A stretch of DNA of 64,000 bases, taken from contig CM060733.1 in assembly GCA_030704615.1 (NCBI GenBank), positions 5,518,001-5,582,000 of the forward strand, written 5' to 3'. The position numbers and the translations under genes are program-made. Positions 25,456 through 40,700 of the stretch are shown piece by piece (the stretch's first letter is position 1; each line of letters begins with the position of its first letter). Below the pieces are notes generated by a model, which saw nothing but the letters and a program-made list of their open reading frames with translations, did not search any database and was not told the origin of the DNA. Source of the DNA: Takakia lepidozioides (taxonomy: Eukaryota; Plantae; Bryophyta).

Positions 25456-28400
25456 ATATCAAACTGAAGCACTGGAGAGAGCAAAAGAGGAGAACACAAT
25501 TGTCTGCATGAGGACCGGTTCTGGCAAAACTCACATAGCTGTGATGTTGCTTCAGTATTTGTCTCATCTTATCCGGAAGCCCAGCCAAAGAATCAGTGTT
25601 TTCCTGGCACCAACAGTGTGCCTTGTCCAACAGGTACTTGGTCTTGGGTGTTAGAGGCACTGCTTAGTACAGTTGTAGATGAGGTGTTTCAGTGTTTGTT
25701 GCTGTGAGCCAAGTAAGGATGTCTCTCTCACCCTGGGATCTTTCTTCTCGTCTGTCTGGGTTCTCAGGCCAACTGACTTTGCTAGGAACAGGGAGCCTCT
25801 GGGGCCATTTCTCACTCTTCTTTGACTTACCAGCACTTCGTAGGGTTCTGCTATAAGGTGGAGGGTAACTGTACTATGTGTCAATCAACATGTTTCTTTC
25901 CGTTACAAAAGTGGAGAAGTAAAGAAGCAAATCCTTGCCAGAAGTACCAAAACGTGACTGCAGTATTTACCAACCGATTCATGGCCTTTGCTGGGCATGT
26001 AGCAAGCGGAGGTGATAAAGCAAGATACAGACCTGAAAGTGGGGACCTATTGGGGCGAGAATGTTGAAACATGGATACGTGAGAAGTGGCAGGCAGAGCT
26101 TAATGAGTTTGAGGTATGCTTCTGCCCTGTCCTGTGGGTGTCCTTGACTGATCAGCATCTGCCAGGTGATGGTTCTAAGCCTTTTAGTTTAATTCGTGCC
26201 ACTGTTCGAAGGCTTCATTTGGTTTTTGTGAGGTTTGTTTTCCTATCTTAAGACTAGTTCTCTACAGTGCAACAAGAGACCTGCTCGGATTTGCTGTAGA
26301 AAAATCCAGCATGCTGTATCACAATTCTTCTGAAGGCATTTGAAAGATCCAACAGCAGTGATATGTGATAGCAGACCAGAAGCCAACCATGTCAACTGGA
26401 CGTTGACAAAAATCTGGAAGATGGTCCTCTTAGTGATTGGCTCACCAATTAACTGGTGCTTGCGTCAACTCTAGGAGGGTAAAGTGTATATCTCATCTAT
26501 CTTGAATAGAATTAGAAGATAATGGAGGTTTCCCAAATGCAAAAATTGATCTGTGCTGTTGGTTACCTGATGAATGGTTGTATATGGGGATGCAGGTGTT
26601 TGTAATGACTCCAGAGATTCTGTCCCAGAATTTGCGTCACTGTTTCATGAGGATAGAGTTGATTGAGCTACTCATTTTTGACGAGTGTCACCATGCCCGC
26701 AAACACCACCCATATGCAGAGATTATGAATGTAGGTGGCTGGCTATTGTAGGTTGCCTGGTCCTCTTAGAGATGTTGATCGAACATGCTCTTGTTGATTC
26801 TTGAGCTGTGTTTACTTACAGTTCCAGTGGATGTTGCATCTGACTTTTCCTTTGGAGCATAGTACTGGCTGGAGCTGATCCTCCCTGAGCTGGTTATGGT
26901 CTTTCATCGAAACTGAGACAGATTTGCAGTAGTGTAGGCACACTGCTGATTGCAGCAATGCTATTGTAGCTCTCTACTTTAACAGAAGTGGTGTGGCGGT
27001 GTGTACAATGCTACTGACACTGCAGTGAGCACAGAGTGAGGTACGTTCAGGATTCTTTGAGGGAGCGGGAAAGAAATAAAGAAAGTAACCATTGTACAGT
27101 TCCTTTCTTTTTTATTCTTTCTTTCCGTGACAAAACTACAACGAGAACAGACTTCCAGCCACTCTGCACTTGTGCATCTCCTTCCTCCCTCTTAGGCTCT
27201 GTTTGCTTCGCACTCATAGTATGTTATTTTTGGATGGGTTCTAGGAGTTCTATCATGTCCGAAGGTGCGATCCAACATGCAAGCTCCCCCGCATATTTGG
27301 CATGACTGCTTCGCTAATTGATGGCAAAGGTGGGCTCTTCTTTAGGCCCTGTTGACCTCTAAGTTACTCAGAACCACTGGTTTCAGGGAACTGTCTTGTC
27401 CAACTTGCTAAGCAGTAGGAGAGCTTATTTCCACACTGTACTACAGAATGTGGCAAGTTTCGTAGAGTTTTGATTTCCTACATATTGTCGATGATTAAAC
27501 CAAGGAAGTAAGACGGTGATAGGAACGTGAGAGAGATCGAAATGGAATGGAAGAAAGAGAGAGTAGAACAGCAAGAAACCACCTCAAGAAACTCCAACTG
27601 ACGCTCAAAGATCTTCCTCATGCACGTGAGCTGCCAGGCACCAAAGCTGAAAGCCTTTGGCAAAGACTGGGAGTCTCTGAAGGTGCAATAATTCTGCCTT
27701 GAGTTGCATAATATGTACTGCAGGGGAAATAAATGGTACTATGGCTCAGGAAGGAAATTTAGGATATTTATTGGAAGTTCCTAATGAGAGTAAAGCCGAT
27801 ATAGGACTTGAATCTCTCAGGGACTTGGTAAGCTTGTGCCTAACAATGTCTGGAGATGGTGAGAATGTAGTAGAGTCTACATGCTGTGGTGTTGGGTACC
27901 TTAACCTTGTGCCCATGTCAGATGGAGCAGAATAAGTGGGGAGTTGATGGGGTGCAGTGATGGAAGTAGTGCAGATGTGCGATGGGAAGACACAGAATTT
28001 TCGGAATCAGTTCATTTTGAATAACAGCAAGATCGACATTTTGAGAGCATTTTTTGGAGTCTCATGAGAGTTTTTCAGCATAGTTTTGGATTGCATGGTT
28101 ATGATTTGAAGCTAAGATTCTGGTTTTGTGCTTGTGGCATGAGTAGTTGAACGAAGTGGAGAGGGTGTTGCAAATCAACTCAAAAAACTTGAAGGCTTGC
28201 TTCATTCTAAGGTTTTCCCGAGCATGGCTGCATGCCACTTGAAAATTTTATTATTTTGAATGGACAGAACATCCACACCTGTATCCTTGCAATGTTACAA
28301 TGTTTATTTGCTTGAAGTTGAGACTCTCTGCCACGGTAGGTGTTACCCTGGCAATTAATGATAACTACATATATAAGCAGAAAATTAGAATGTACTCATA

Positions 28401-31400
28401 AGACGTTGTTTGCTGTAGCCTTGTGGCCATTGACCCCGCGCTCAGTTTGAACGGAACACAAAGGGGCAGAAACTACCTTTGTCAGGGGCTGACCAGTAGT
28501 ATGGCTTACCTTGGAACAGGCAATTGATCTGAGTTTTCCAGATAACCTCTCGAATTCCCTTCACACAAGCATCAATCTGCTGTCTGTGGTGTGCACAATA
28601 ACTAGGCCCTAAAAGAGCCTGGGCTTTTGGCTCAGCCTCGAGACTTCCAAAGTTGGTAAACTGAGGTTCAGGCACAATTCCCTTGATGGATTTGAAGAGG
28701 GCGTCTCTCTCGTGAGAGTACCCAGGACAATGAATCAGAAATGAATATTGTCTTCAGGCCCACACGACGGGCAATTTCAATCCCTCTTTCCTCTCTGCAT
28801 CTGTTTGCTGTTCAAAGGCAGGCTTCCCGCCCCGAGTTTAAATTTCAGTCTAGTGCCGAGGGTGGGTAAACCGTTGAGGTCATCCATGATGGCCTCTCCC
28901 ATGTCACAGACTGGAAGCAAGTTCAGGGAAGTTTTCTGCCTAACTTCATTTTCATGAGACAATTTATGGATACTTGGATACTACAGCCTGTAAGGCAGAT
29001 TTATCCAGCAGGGCCAATACTTGCGGGCTTAGTATCAGATCCTTGAGAATCTCTTCTACTCTCTTCTGCCAGGACTCTGCTGCAATTAGAGATAAAAGTA
29101 AAGGGACATCTGCTTCAGGGTTTCCCAGAAAAGCTGGACACAGTTATAATTCACTTGCTGTAGCAAATACTCTGATCTTTCATTGAAATAATCTCTTGCT
29201 GGATTAAACAAGTGAATGGAGTCAACTTCTCATGCACGTATCTATGCAGGTCTACACAGTGACAGACAGGGTGGAGCTGGACAAGGTAGTGCCATGTCCT
29301 ACGGAGGTCAAAAAATATTACGATGCCCCTGTTGTAGCTGGCACAACAGCTCAACTAAGTACTGATCTACGAAGCCTAAAAGACAAGGCAGATCTCCTTT
29401 ACCCTCTTCCATCAGGATTGGGTCTGTTGAGAGTTAGGGAGAGAGAAACAAGAAAGAAGGAATGAGAAAGAAATTCCATACGTCTATTATGTCCTGGCCT
29501 ATTTGGTAAAATTTTTCCCAAGCATTGGTTGTGTGGCAAAAGGAAGTCAGTGGCCATGGCAGTGTAAGCATTCGGAGCTAATAAGGCTGGCCTGGATATT
29601 GGCATTTGAGCCAGGGAGTCTAATAGAGGTTGTGAGGGCGCGTACTTGTAACCAGTGAGACAGACTTGTCAAGTAGAAATAGCGCCTTCAATTTTAGCGT
29701 CGAGCAGTCAAATTAAGCCCAGTTTACAGCAACCACCAACTAATGTCTGAAGTGGAAGTGTCTCACTAGGTAAACTGCAGACACTTCGGATCTTCAAAGC
29801 TGAAAGCCTTTGCCATACGCTGGGAGAAAGCCAGAGAAAAGGGTTGGGAAAGAGCATTTCTCTGTTCTGTCTCCCTACAAGTCAGTTGGCAAACTTGTGA
29901 GACAAGCTCAGGATGTTGAATTCTGTGCTTATTTGAGGTTCCAATTACCACAAATTTCTTTCTTGAATAGGGATAAACAACTAATGGGGTACTTTTGTGG
30001 TTGTTGCAGTGCAGAGGGCTTTTAATGGTCTCAATTAGTCGGAGGGAGGGAAATGGAGATATGGGGATGACAGTGATGAAGAAGATGTTGCAGAATTTAG
30101 AGAAGCTGCACAGCTCGCTTGAATATTGTTTGCAAGAGTTGGGCCTTTGGTGCTGCTGTGAAGTATGTTGTTCATTCTTCATTGCTAACAGAAGCTTTTA
30201 GTTACGACAACCCGAAGTGCGTAGAGGCTTACCTGGATGAGGCACTCCGCATACTTACAACTTTTGGGGGCTGGTTTCTGTGGTTCTACTTCTATTGTCT
30301 GTTTGTCTGTGGTTCTTCTAGTGTCTTTGGGGCCCCTTGGTGTTTTTGAGAGAGTAATAAGGTTTTTTATATCTTTCGTCTTCCCATAAGCTCTTTTGGC
30401 TTCTGGCGGGCATCCTAAGTGTGGGTCATGTGTTTCAAGGCAAAGTTGTAAATAATGAGGTGGAAATAATCTCTGCTTTCTGGTATGATGACATGCCAGG
30501 CACCAATTTCGTACTTGCAATCATGAATAACACAGATCACAATAGATAATACCTGTGGCTTTTGTTGATTTAAGGGCTGACAATGTCCTCCTAAAGCTCT
30601 ATGAAACATGAATACATTCTGTCTCAGTTACGAGTACAGTCTATCCTGGTCATCTGAGAAAGGAGGAGTGCTAAAGCTGATGAACAATGCAGAATCACTC
30701 CCGCAAAAACTTGCTGATAGTAGTGTTTGGTTGCAGGCTGCAGAAATTTTGTTGGGTAGGATCAAGGGCAATTCTGATAATGACATGGAACCTGAGAATG
30801 ATTGTGAGGCCAAGTGTGGAAAAAAGGCTTTTCTTATTGAAGCATTGGGCATCTTGAAGGCTGCTTTGTCAAAAGGTTTGTCACGTGAGATTAGAGTTGG
30901 CATGATTATCTGATTTGTATTGTTGCAGAGGGCATTGGATGTTCTCATCACATTATTAGATTGGAGCGGGGTTCCAGTGCAGGCTAGACAGTCAATGGTA
31001 GATGCAGGTAGGGAGGTCAAGAACTAACCTGGATTTGGTCCTTGCAGCTGTATTCTTGAGTGAGAATGGAGAGATAGAAGAGGAGTTAGAACCAGGCCTT
31101 GTTTCGTCAAAAGTGCAAGCTTTGATTGATGTTCTCAAGACTTACAGGTGAGTCTGGTCTATAAAGTTAAATCGAGCAAAGAGTGATATAGAAAGTGTTT
31201 TGCAGAGGTTACTACAACTTCCTCATATTTGCTGCTTTTGCCCTCTGACACCACATTGTTGTTGAACTACATCAAATTGATTGGTTATGTACTTGTAAAT
31301 TGCTGGGTGTACCTGTCGCTGCAGGAATCTTGAGAATATGAGATGCATTGTGTTTGTGGAGAGAAAGATCACTACTCAAGTGCTGGCTCGTTTTCTTAGC

Positions 31401-34400
31401 CACTTCTCGTGCTTGTCATCTTTGTTGCGGTTTCATCCGCTGGCAGGCACGCACTCGGGCATGGACCATGTGACCCGCAGGCTTCAACATGAAGCCATTG
31501 AGGCCTTTCGAGTAGGCAAGGTGTGTTAGAGAAAAAATTTGAAGGTCTTTTTCGTGGGGACAAAAGCTGTAAATTGTTCCATCTGAAGCTCCTGGATGTG
31601 CTGTTACCGTCCTAACAAAACCACTGGAGGTTTTAAGACTTTCTTTTTCTAGTCATGTTTTTATTTTCTTCCTCTGTCTCTCTTGGAAAATTTATGACGT
31701 TTACTATGTCTCTGGGAGTTCTACTCATTCCCCATTTTCCTCTCGTAAAGATTTTTAGGGTTGGTGGTGTATCTAATTTATGACATGATTCCAAGGAACA
31801 TGATAAACCGCTAAGCATGTGAGCTACCAGTTCCTTTTCCTGCGGGAATAATGATTTCAAACTAAATATCCAGTAATATGAAATGTCTAGGTAAATGTGC
31901 TGGTGTCGACGAGCATTGGAGAAGAAGGGCTGGACATACAAAGCTGCTCTCAGGTCATTCGATTCGATTTGCCCAAAACGCCATGCAGCCTTATCCAATC
32001 ACGTGGCCGTGCACGTTGCTTGGGATCCACCTACATCTACCTTTTGGAGAGGTATGGCAGGCCATTCGAACGTTAGAAATATACAGAGATGTTTGTTACA
32101 GGGGGAACTGAATCAACCAAACTGCTATTTTACAAAGAGATTTTCCTAGTCATGAACGACAATCTCCTAAGATCCTTGCAGATGGGTCAATCCTGGCTTT
32201 CTCTGTGAGGATGACCATTGGGTGGTGGGTTAAAAAGGTGGCAGGATTGTTGGACAAGTGTTTCTCAGGAACTGGTTCATCCTCTCAACCAACAGGGTTT
32301 TCGCTTTTCTGCTAATCTCAGTTGTGAGGAAGGCCTGCACTGGTAGCCAGTGGGATTGGTAAGGACCATTTGCTGTGAAGAAAGATGGGCAAGAGAAATG
32401 AAATGAAATGAAATGGTACTATATAGCGTCTGCGGAAAGCTCAAAGAGCTTATGAGAAAAACAAGAAACTTCAGAAAGAAACAAAATAAATGAAGAAACT
32501 TCAGAACGGCCACAGGGTGCCTATGTCCCCATGGGACGCAGTTGAATCACAAGAGATAAAGAATGGAATTTTATTCCGAAAGAGCACGAGGGACAAAGAA
32601 AGCAGTAGAAAACCAGGCCTAAACCCCTACACAAAGCCAGACTTTGTCGTTAAGGTATACTGCCAAGTATTTGAGCACTTCACTAGATATCTCTGCCAGG
32701 GATGAGCAGCTGCTGAAGACACAGCTGTATGTCCCTGCTACCTCACAGAAGCAAAAGTACGTGCCAAAGCAAGTAAGAGATTAGAATCGCATGAAATGAT
32801 GGATTGTGCCTTTTTCCTAATCTTGAGTTGACTTGGTTGATTAATATATCTTGTGATTTTCAGTTTTGTTCTGATATCTCACCAGGGATGTGAATTATCG
32901 CAAGGTTCTTCCTCCCTCAAGCCATGGTTACATTGAGTTGAAAATGGACTTCTGTGTTCAGGGATAATAATGAGCAGTTACAACTGCTGGGGCAGTTCAA
33001 GTTGAATGAAGTATTTATGTCCAGTCAAGCATCGGAGCTGACGGGATGTCTGGAAGTGCCAGAAACCCAGGAACTAGAAACATTTCGTGTGGAGTCTACA
33101 GGAGCATCTATCAGCACTAGCTGCAGTGTGTCTCTGCTGCATCGATATTGTGCCCAATTGGCCCACGACAGGTACTTCATTACATTTCACCAGTAACCGC
33201 CTGTCCATGGGCACTTGGCCTCCTCCCTGTGGACATTCTAAAGTTGATGGACCTCCTCTTGTCCGCTGTTGAACTGAATGCATGTTTATATCCACATGGC
33301 TGTGCAAGCACAGCCATAGCGAGTTTCAATAACCTGCTGCCCTTTTATTATCTACAAAATTCTAGTTGAGTGGGTTCTCAAGTCCACCAATTTGCTGTGA
33401 ATTTTACAGCTGAGACAGGTCCCGTGGGGATACCCTGTCACTCACAAGGATTTAAGTCTGACCCAAACTTAAACTCATTTTGGGAAGAAATCCATAAGAT
33501 TTCATAAACCAACAACTCAGTTGCAACCTTTGAAAGCCAAGAAATGCAGATCCAGACTGTGTCAGAAACCACTGACCCATTATGAGATAAGTCGAACTTG
33601 TTGGGATAACCACCTCTCGTGTTTGTGGGTGAGTGTATGCAGTACTATAAACATGCAGATAGACAAGCATATACATACTGTCCTTTTGTCTGGTGTGCAA
33701 CAGGTACTATACTCCAAAACCGGAGTTTCATTTCATCGACCAAAAGGGTGGTGTGAAGTGCAGAGTGTTGTTGCCCACCGATGCTCGAGTCAGGCAAGTG
33801 GAAGGTCGGGCCTGTGTATCGCAGTATCAGGCGAAGAGAGTAGCATGCTTACAAGCATGCAAACAGCTATATGAGGAGGGAGCTCTAACTGACTGGCTTT
33901 TGCTTTGGTCAGATGAACCGGAAGATCCCAGTCCTCTTTCCTGCAAAGATACCACAGCAGGTTGGTGGATTCTGTAATTTGCTCCCTATTTTGTCAGTTC
34001 TGAGTTTGTATCATGTGCGCTCATGGAGGGCACATACTTATAAGTGCACAGGTTGCTGTAGCTTTGTAGTCACTGACTCAGGTAGATGGCTCTTCCAGGT
34101 TAGTTACAATCAGTCTGTACAGTCCTAGCTCTGTCAATGACAGTCCCCTTTATCGATCAATGACTCCAAAGAAGTTCGAGGGAAGATTTGTAGTAGGGCT
34201 TCAGCTGGCTCAATCAATCTCGGTCGATCTCCTCCACTAGAAATCTGCAAGAAAGAGAATGGAATGGAATGGAATGGAATGGTGCTTTTTCTTTACTCTG
34301 CAAGCTAGAGAATGAAATGGTACTGCAAGAAATAAATGAAATCAAATGGTACTTTATTACGTCTGTGGAAAGCTCAAAGAGCTTATGGGACAAAATGCAA

Positions 34401-34758
34401 GAAATGAAATGAAATGGTACTTTATAACGTTATACAATGTACTTTAAAACTAAAGAAAGAAAGGAAGTAACTTTGTAACATCCACAGGGGCCCACGAGGT
34501 CCCATTGGACAGGGTAGAACAAAGCAATGACCATTTCAGGATACATCAAGTGATGGCCTACGACAAAGGGCCTCAAGCAGGTCGACCGGAAGTCGCTTTG
34601 GATCTTCAAAGCTGAAGGCCTTTTCTAAGGAATGGAAACCTCTAAAAGGACAGTAGTATCTACGGTGTATCTTGTAGCCTGTAAGATGAAAGGAATTTTA
34701 TCAAGAGGGGATCAATAGGCCCACGGGACAAGTGATACAACAAGAAACCAGTTCAGAA

Positions 34759-34794
<36 letters not shown>

Positions 34795-37700
34795 ACTGTA
34801 AAACATGCAATGGGCCATGAGATCATTTATTATATCCAAGAAAAGCCCAAAGGGCTTATGGACAAAGGAGAACAACAAGAGAGCACATGTCACTGCCAGG
34901 CACTTCTGGTCCACTGAGGTGAAGGTCTCAGCCTACGTGATGATGATGCAGTCATTGCCATTCCCTTGCTATGACATCGTTGACGGGAAAGTCCCCAGGG
35001 AAACCAGCCCTCCCAGTGCCGGTTGAGGGTTGGTCAATTGGGGGGTCTAATGCTGCGTGCATGGACATGGGCTCTTAGGACAATCTGGTACCAGTAATTG
35101 ATTGTCATTTCATGCACGTGTTTCTATTGACCTCGTACTAGACAGCATGCCAGCTCTGCTGCCATAGCAATGTGACCAAATGTGGCGCTGTGAGTCATGT
35201 AACCAGGGGCAGGTCCCAACTCTGGGGATTCGGTGTATTTCGTGTGTTGTCAAGAAGGTTTGTAGTGGCAGAATTCTGATGTATCTACAGACAGAATTTA
35301 CAGATGGAACATGGTTCATCTCTAAGTTTTACTGATTGCAGTGAAGTCACAGTTGGAGCCTCATCCAACAGTTGTGCTCGATGCTTTCCGAGGGAGTTGG
35401 GGGGCAGCAGCGACGGGTGCCACTTTGCATGCGTATACTTTGTGCTTCAGTCCAACTTTTAGTGACAGAAGCTATGTCTCCTTTGGGCTGTTTCTGGAGT
35501 CAAATTTAGGGGATGAAGCAGGAAGACTGGAGCTTGAACTCCAGCTCGCTCTCCGACGTCTTGTGAAAGCTCAGTTGTCACCTTCAGGGACGTACAAATT
35601 TGATGCCAATCAGGTATCTGCACAAGTGTATCTGTCTTGTTGTGCCTCTCCCGGAGTTTCTAGGATGGTCATAGGAGGTCCTCCAGAGAAGCCCACTGAA
35701 TGCTGATGTTGCTTGTAGGACTGTAATGCATAAAATGTTCTTCATAAGGCATCCAACAGATGGCCCATTGGTTAGGTATGCCTTAAAAGTGGGTGTGGGT
35801 CCAAAGCCACATAGGTGTATGTTGGATGTCACCATTATAGTGTTGGTCTGGTATTGAGTTTTGGGCATACCAGTGGGGTCCAAGTTTTGAAACTTAGATG
35901 ATTTGAAAACCAGCATATAAAATGGTATTTGATTATCCCAGTGTGCAACAGACCAGTCGAAGGAGCATTTTTTAACCTGGTATGAATATGAAATTGAAGG
36001 GAGGGGTGAAACTATTCGGGTATGATCCCGGATCTGATAGTCAGCAATAAGCAGGGAACCAAGCCACTTGAACTTTTTTAAGAATTTTCTAATTTTAATT
36101 ATTTTCTTAAGGGGCAAAGCCCAAACACTTTATCAAACCGCCACCTCAAGAAACACCCTTGAGGCACCTCAATTGAAATCCTGCATGAGGTGGAAACATT
36201 GAAGAGAGAAAACTGGTGGTGGAAGGACTGCAGCACTAACACACAAAACCCTTACCAGCCATTACACAGATTCATACCAACCACACTATGCAAATGTACA
36301 GCCCACATCTGGTATCGGGGCTGGTTTCTGGCAACTTCTACCAGGTGGTGCGCTAGGGTATACCGTGGGCAACCAAATTTGGTACCTGGTGTAGTACCAG
36401 TAGGGCAGGTTCTTTGATGATAACCGGGTTCGTAACCGGAAAAACCCTATATACCAGACCAACACTGGTGTCGACCTTCCAAACAGAAGGCAGTAATCCT
36501 TCGGGATGAAGTTACACCGTAATTTATGCTTGCTTTGGCAAGAGTCAACCTTTTCTTACCTTTCGTGTTTGATTGCTTGAACTTTGTAAGGTTGACTACA
36601 TTGCTCGGATCTGCCATATGATGGACTCGATGCATTCAGTCAACAAATCATGATGTTCTGCACTTGTGAGCCTTAGACACCAATGCCCCAAAAACAGTAG
36701 AATCTTATTGTAGTAATGTCGACTATATATGATACAGGGCTGTAGACATATTTGCTATTTCCTTATGGTGTGACAAGTAAGGGTCTTCTGTTTCTTCTTC
36801 CACAGGGCTTCTAGTGTTTCCTTACTCTCATCTTTCCCTGTCATTTGTCTATCATTAAGATTCAAGTCTGGAGTCTTAGGTCACATGAGTCATGACGTTC
36901 AGCACGTGTGAGTCCGCTGTGTCCTAATGTTTGCGGACCTAAATCATGGCAAGCTGAATCGATATGGGTGGAGTTATCTAGAGCCCTCCTAGATCTGAGG
37001 AGTTGTATATGCTTGTGTGACTTATGGTCTCCCTTTCAATATCTAAAGTAAATGGATTATTTCGAAATCCCTCAGTTTTTTTAGGACGAAAAGATCAATG
37101 GAGTTGTAGGTAAATGGGTAGATCGGTGGCATATCACATCTCTCAAATGATTTATGCTTGCAGCTAAGAGACGCGAAACTGTGTCAAGAAAGGCTTTTCA
37201 GCACAGTGTTGGACCACAATCCAGGCAGCAAAGTCACTGGAAACTGGAGCCCTAGCCAACTCTACCTTCTGTTACCCTTACAGCAGGACAACACAATTGA
37301 CTGGGAGTGCGTGAAAAATTTGATCTCAGATATGACACTGATGTCATGGAATGTGATTGGCTGCGATGAAGACAACACCAAGAATGGTGTGAAAATGGTT
37401 GAAAAGGTGGATTGTGGAGATTTTTGTGAACTCCCAGATGGATATCAGCATTTAAATTCATCTGTGAACAGTTTGATTTTGACAGCCCCACGTTCATTAA
37501 GCGACAGGGAAGATGCCCCTGGTAAAGACCTTGAAGGTGGCAATAGCACAACTATCTCTGAGGAAAGAACTGAAACTGAAAAACTTTCTGTGGCTGATTG
37601 TGTATCCAACATTCGTGAATTGAGATTGGCTGATGGTTGGGTACCTGTAGAATTTGTCCTGGACTCAGTGGTGGAAACTGTGCACAATGGCTATTTCTAT

Positions 37701-40700
37701 TGTGTGCGCGAAATGATTGGTCATATGAATGCAGATAGCCCCATGGCTGCCAAGGGCAAGTACAGCTGCTACACTCATTATTTCTTAGAGAAGTATGGAA
37801 GCATCTACTTCTTCGTCTTTGTGCAAGGTGGCTGATGACTAAGGATGCTTAGGAGTACTTATAAACTTCTAATGCTACGCCCAGTAATAATCCCTACATT
37901 CCATGCTAGATTATCACAACCGAGAAAGTAGTAGGTTGAAGGGTCTATAGTATAATCTAATGTTAGGTCTTTACCTGTACTGGAAAGCTCCAGCAGCTTT
38001 GCCCCATTACTAAACTGGTTTAATTGTTCTTGGTCAGACTAAATGTCAAACATCCAAAGTTGGCTGAATTTTTGCAAAAGCATGGCATATTCTGATAATT
38101 TTCTTCAATCTTTCCAAGTTGGGACTTTAAGACTCTGCCTATGTTGTTAGGAATCCCAAAGCTGCTAATCAATAGGTTGGGGTCTTTTTTCTCAATGAAT
38201 CAGGCACTCGAGAAAGCTAGTGCATACGAAGCAGCCAATGTTGAAGGCTAAGCGGTTGATTGAAGTGCGTAACCTTCAACGGACGACAAACCCTCAAGGT
38301 GTGTCTCTTTCAGTCTTTCAATGGCCACAAGGCTACGGCAAACAACGTCTTATGAGTACAATCTTTCAGTCTTTCCGACCCCCCTTTCACTGTTTTGCTC
38401 CATTGTTTTTCCATTTCTTATACTCCGTCATCCTCACTGCTCCCATCTAACTTCTTGCAGCTCCCACTTGCCAGTTTACAATCTGAGGTCTTAGAAACGT
38501 AGGCATCACTTTCACCCATTTATTGACTGAGAGGTCTTCCTCTGCAGTTGCTGAAGAGCTGAAGGCAGAGGCGATGGTGGAGCTTCCTCCAGAGTTATGT
38601 CGGATAAGAGTGCGAGGACTATCATGTGCACTGGCAAATGGAGTGTCGTTGCTGCCATCATTCATGCATCACCTTGAAGGCTTTCTGCTCGCCATTCAAC
38701 TCCGGCAAACCCTTACAGATGCTTTCCCTGAGGCAGCCAAAGTGTCTGCCAATACGGTACTTTGTCTCTATGCCTGTTATGGAGTCTGTCATTTAAGTTC
38801 CTTGTTCACTCCTGTATCATTGCAAGAACCAGTTCACCAGAGCATATACAACAGCTCGAATTTGAGGAGAATGAAACCGTACTTAGGAGAGGGGATGAGT
38901 TTTTCCCCTCAAGTTTTTGAAGCAGATTACATGTCATTTTCTGGGCTCTGATGTAAGGTTGAGACACCATCGTCGCGGAGGTTACCCATTTTCGGACTCA
39001 ATATGTCAGTCCTGTGGTGGGTCCTGTATGTCAAGCCATGCAATGCTCTGCATTTGCAAATTAGAAATCTCCATTGCTCACAGATTTCCGAAGAATCTCT
39101 TTCCAGGTTAGAGGCCCTGAGTTGCAACAGTTGCTTTGCAACCAAAGAAGTAGGAACTCATGTGAGAGTTTTGTAGTGGTTCAGGAATGATGCCTATAAT
39201 TGAAATTCCCTGATGAGTATATGTTTCTAAATGAGAGCCTTTTTGTAAGCCTCACACATTTGAAATCTTCTTAAAAGCAAATAACTAATTATTTAAAAGG
39301 ATCTCTTGTTACAGAGTAGGCCACATGATTGTACTTCCATGGTGACTAGCATCAGTTACTCTCATGGCACCTTCACTGTCCATCTTATTCCCCAGAACGT
39401 TTTGAGTTCATTTGAGGGTGGCACAGAGTGTCTCAGCAAGATCAGGCCTCAGCGAGGCCTGATAACTTACTGCATTTTCATGGATACTGGCTTACATTGG
39501 ATACAGATGCTGGAAGCCATCACTACGGGGCAGTGCCTGGAGAGCTTTAGCCTAGAAGGCCTGGAGCTTCTGGGGGATGCTTTTCTGGAGTATGCAGTGA
39601 GTGTGCACCTTTTCCTTGTGCACAATGATTTGAATGAGGGCGAGTTATCAAAGCGGCGTATAGCTATAATCTGCAATGCCACCTTGCAAAAGCTTGGCAA
39701 GGAGCAGGGCCTGGCGGTAGGTGCTTCACCCTCCAGAACTCCCGACATGTACCCATGTTTATGATGTAGATCACCCTTTAGGTGCAAACAGTTGTCTACG
39801 TGTCATTCATATGGCTGCATCAAAGTTTGTCGTTTTCTGTCGCTGTCTTGTTCTAACCCATGTCACTTCTTGCTGTGCAGTCTTATATCCGTGATGCTCA
39901 GTTCTGCCCAAGTGATTGGTGTGCACCAGGTCGACCTCACGGACTCTCTTCAGCAGAGGGTGAGGAGGCATGTGAAAGCAAAGATGGCATCCTTCACCCA
40001 AAAAGCAATATCAAGAAGTGCAGTAAGAAGGAGGGTTGGTTGCAAGGAAAAACAATTGCAGACGTTGTAGAGTCTCTGATAGGTAAGGTGCATGTGCACC
40101 GAATGTCTCAAAAGTTATTGATTATTTGTAGGCTACTGCAGGGTACAATGGACGATCATGTTATTACACTGTCTTTTAGTGCTGGCAAGCTTGGTAACTG
40201 CCTGAACTCCCAACCAGAAACTAGTCAGTGCATATCACAAGCTGATACTGGTGTGTAAGTACCCATGCCATCCACATATTCATGAAAACTAGATACATGA
40301 CCTTGCTGTTTTGATGGATGTGAGACTGATTTTTTCAACATGCCAACAGGAGCACATTACATTGAGGGAGGTTCCACTGCAGCTCTCTCCTTCATGGACT
40401 GGGTTGGCTGTAAAGTGGCAGTGGACCATAATGTAGTAAAACGTATGGATTGGCAGCCTGGACTTCTGGGTGATACTAAGGTGGTTGAGTTGGAGAAGCT
40501 GCTGAGTTATAGCTTCCAAAACAAAGGCCTGCTAGAGGAGGCCCTAACACACGCCTCATGTACAGAGTCCGCAGGAGCATGCTACCAGGTACTTTGTTGG
40601 CTGTCAAAAGTTACTAGTGATGTGCCTAGTAGCTATAAAACCACCAGGGACATTTCCCCAATTTTTATTCCCCTCAAAGGTGTATAAAAAGGCGGTGTGG

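Noticed and set aside
36297-36743. Possible MITE with TACAGCCC/GGGCTGTA ends
   Set aside because: An 8-bp inverted match alone could be chance.
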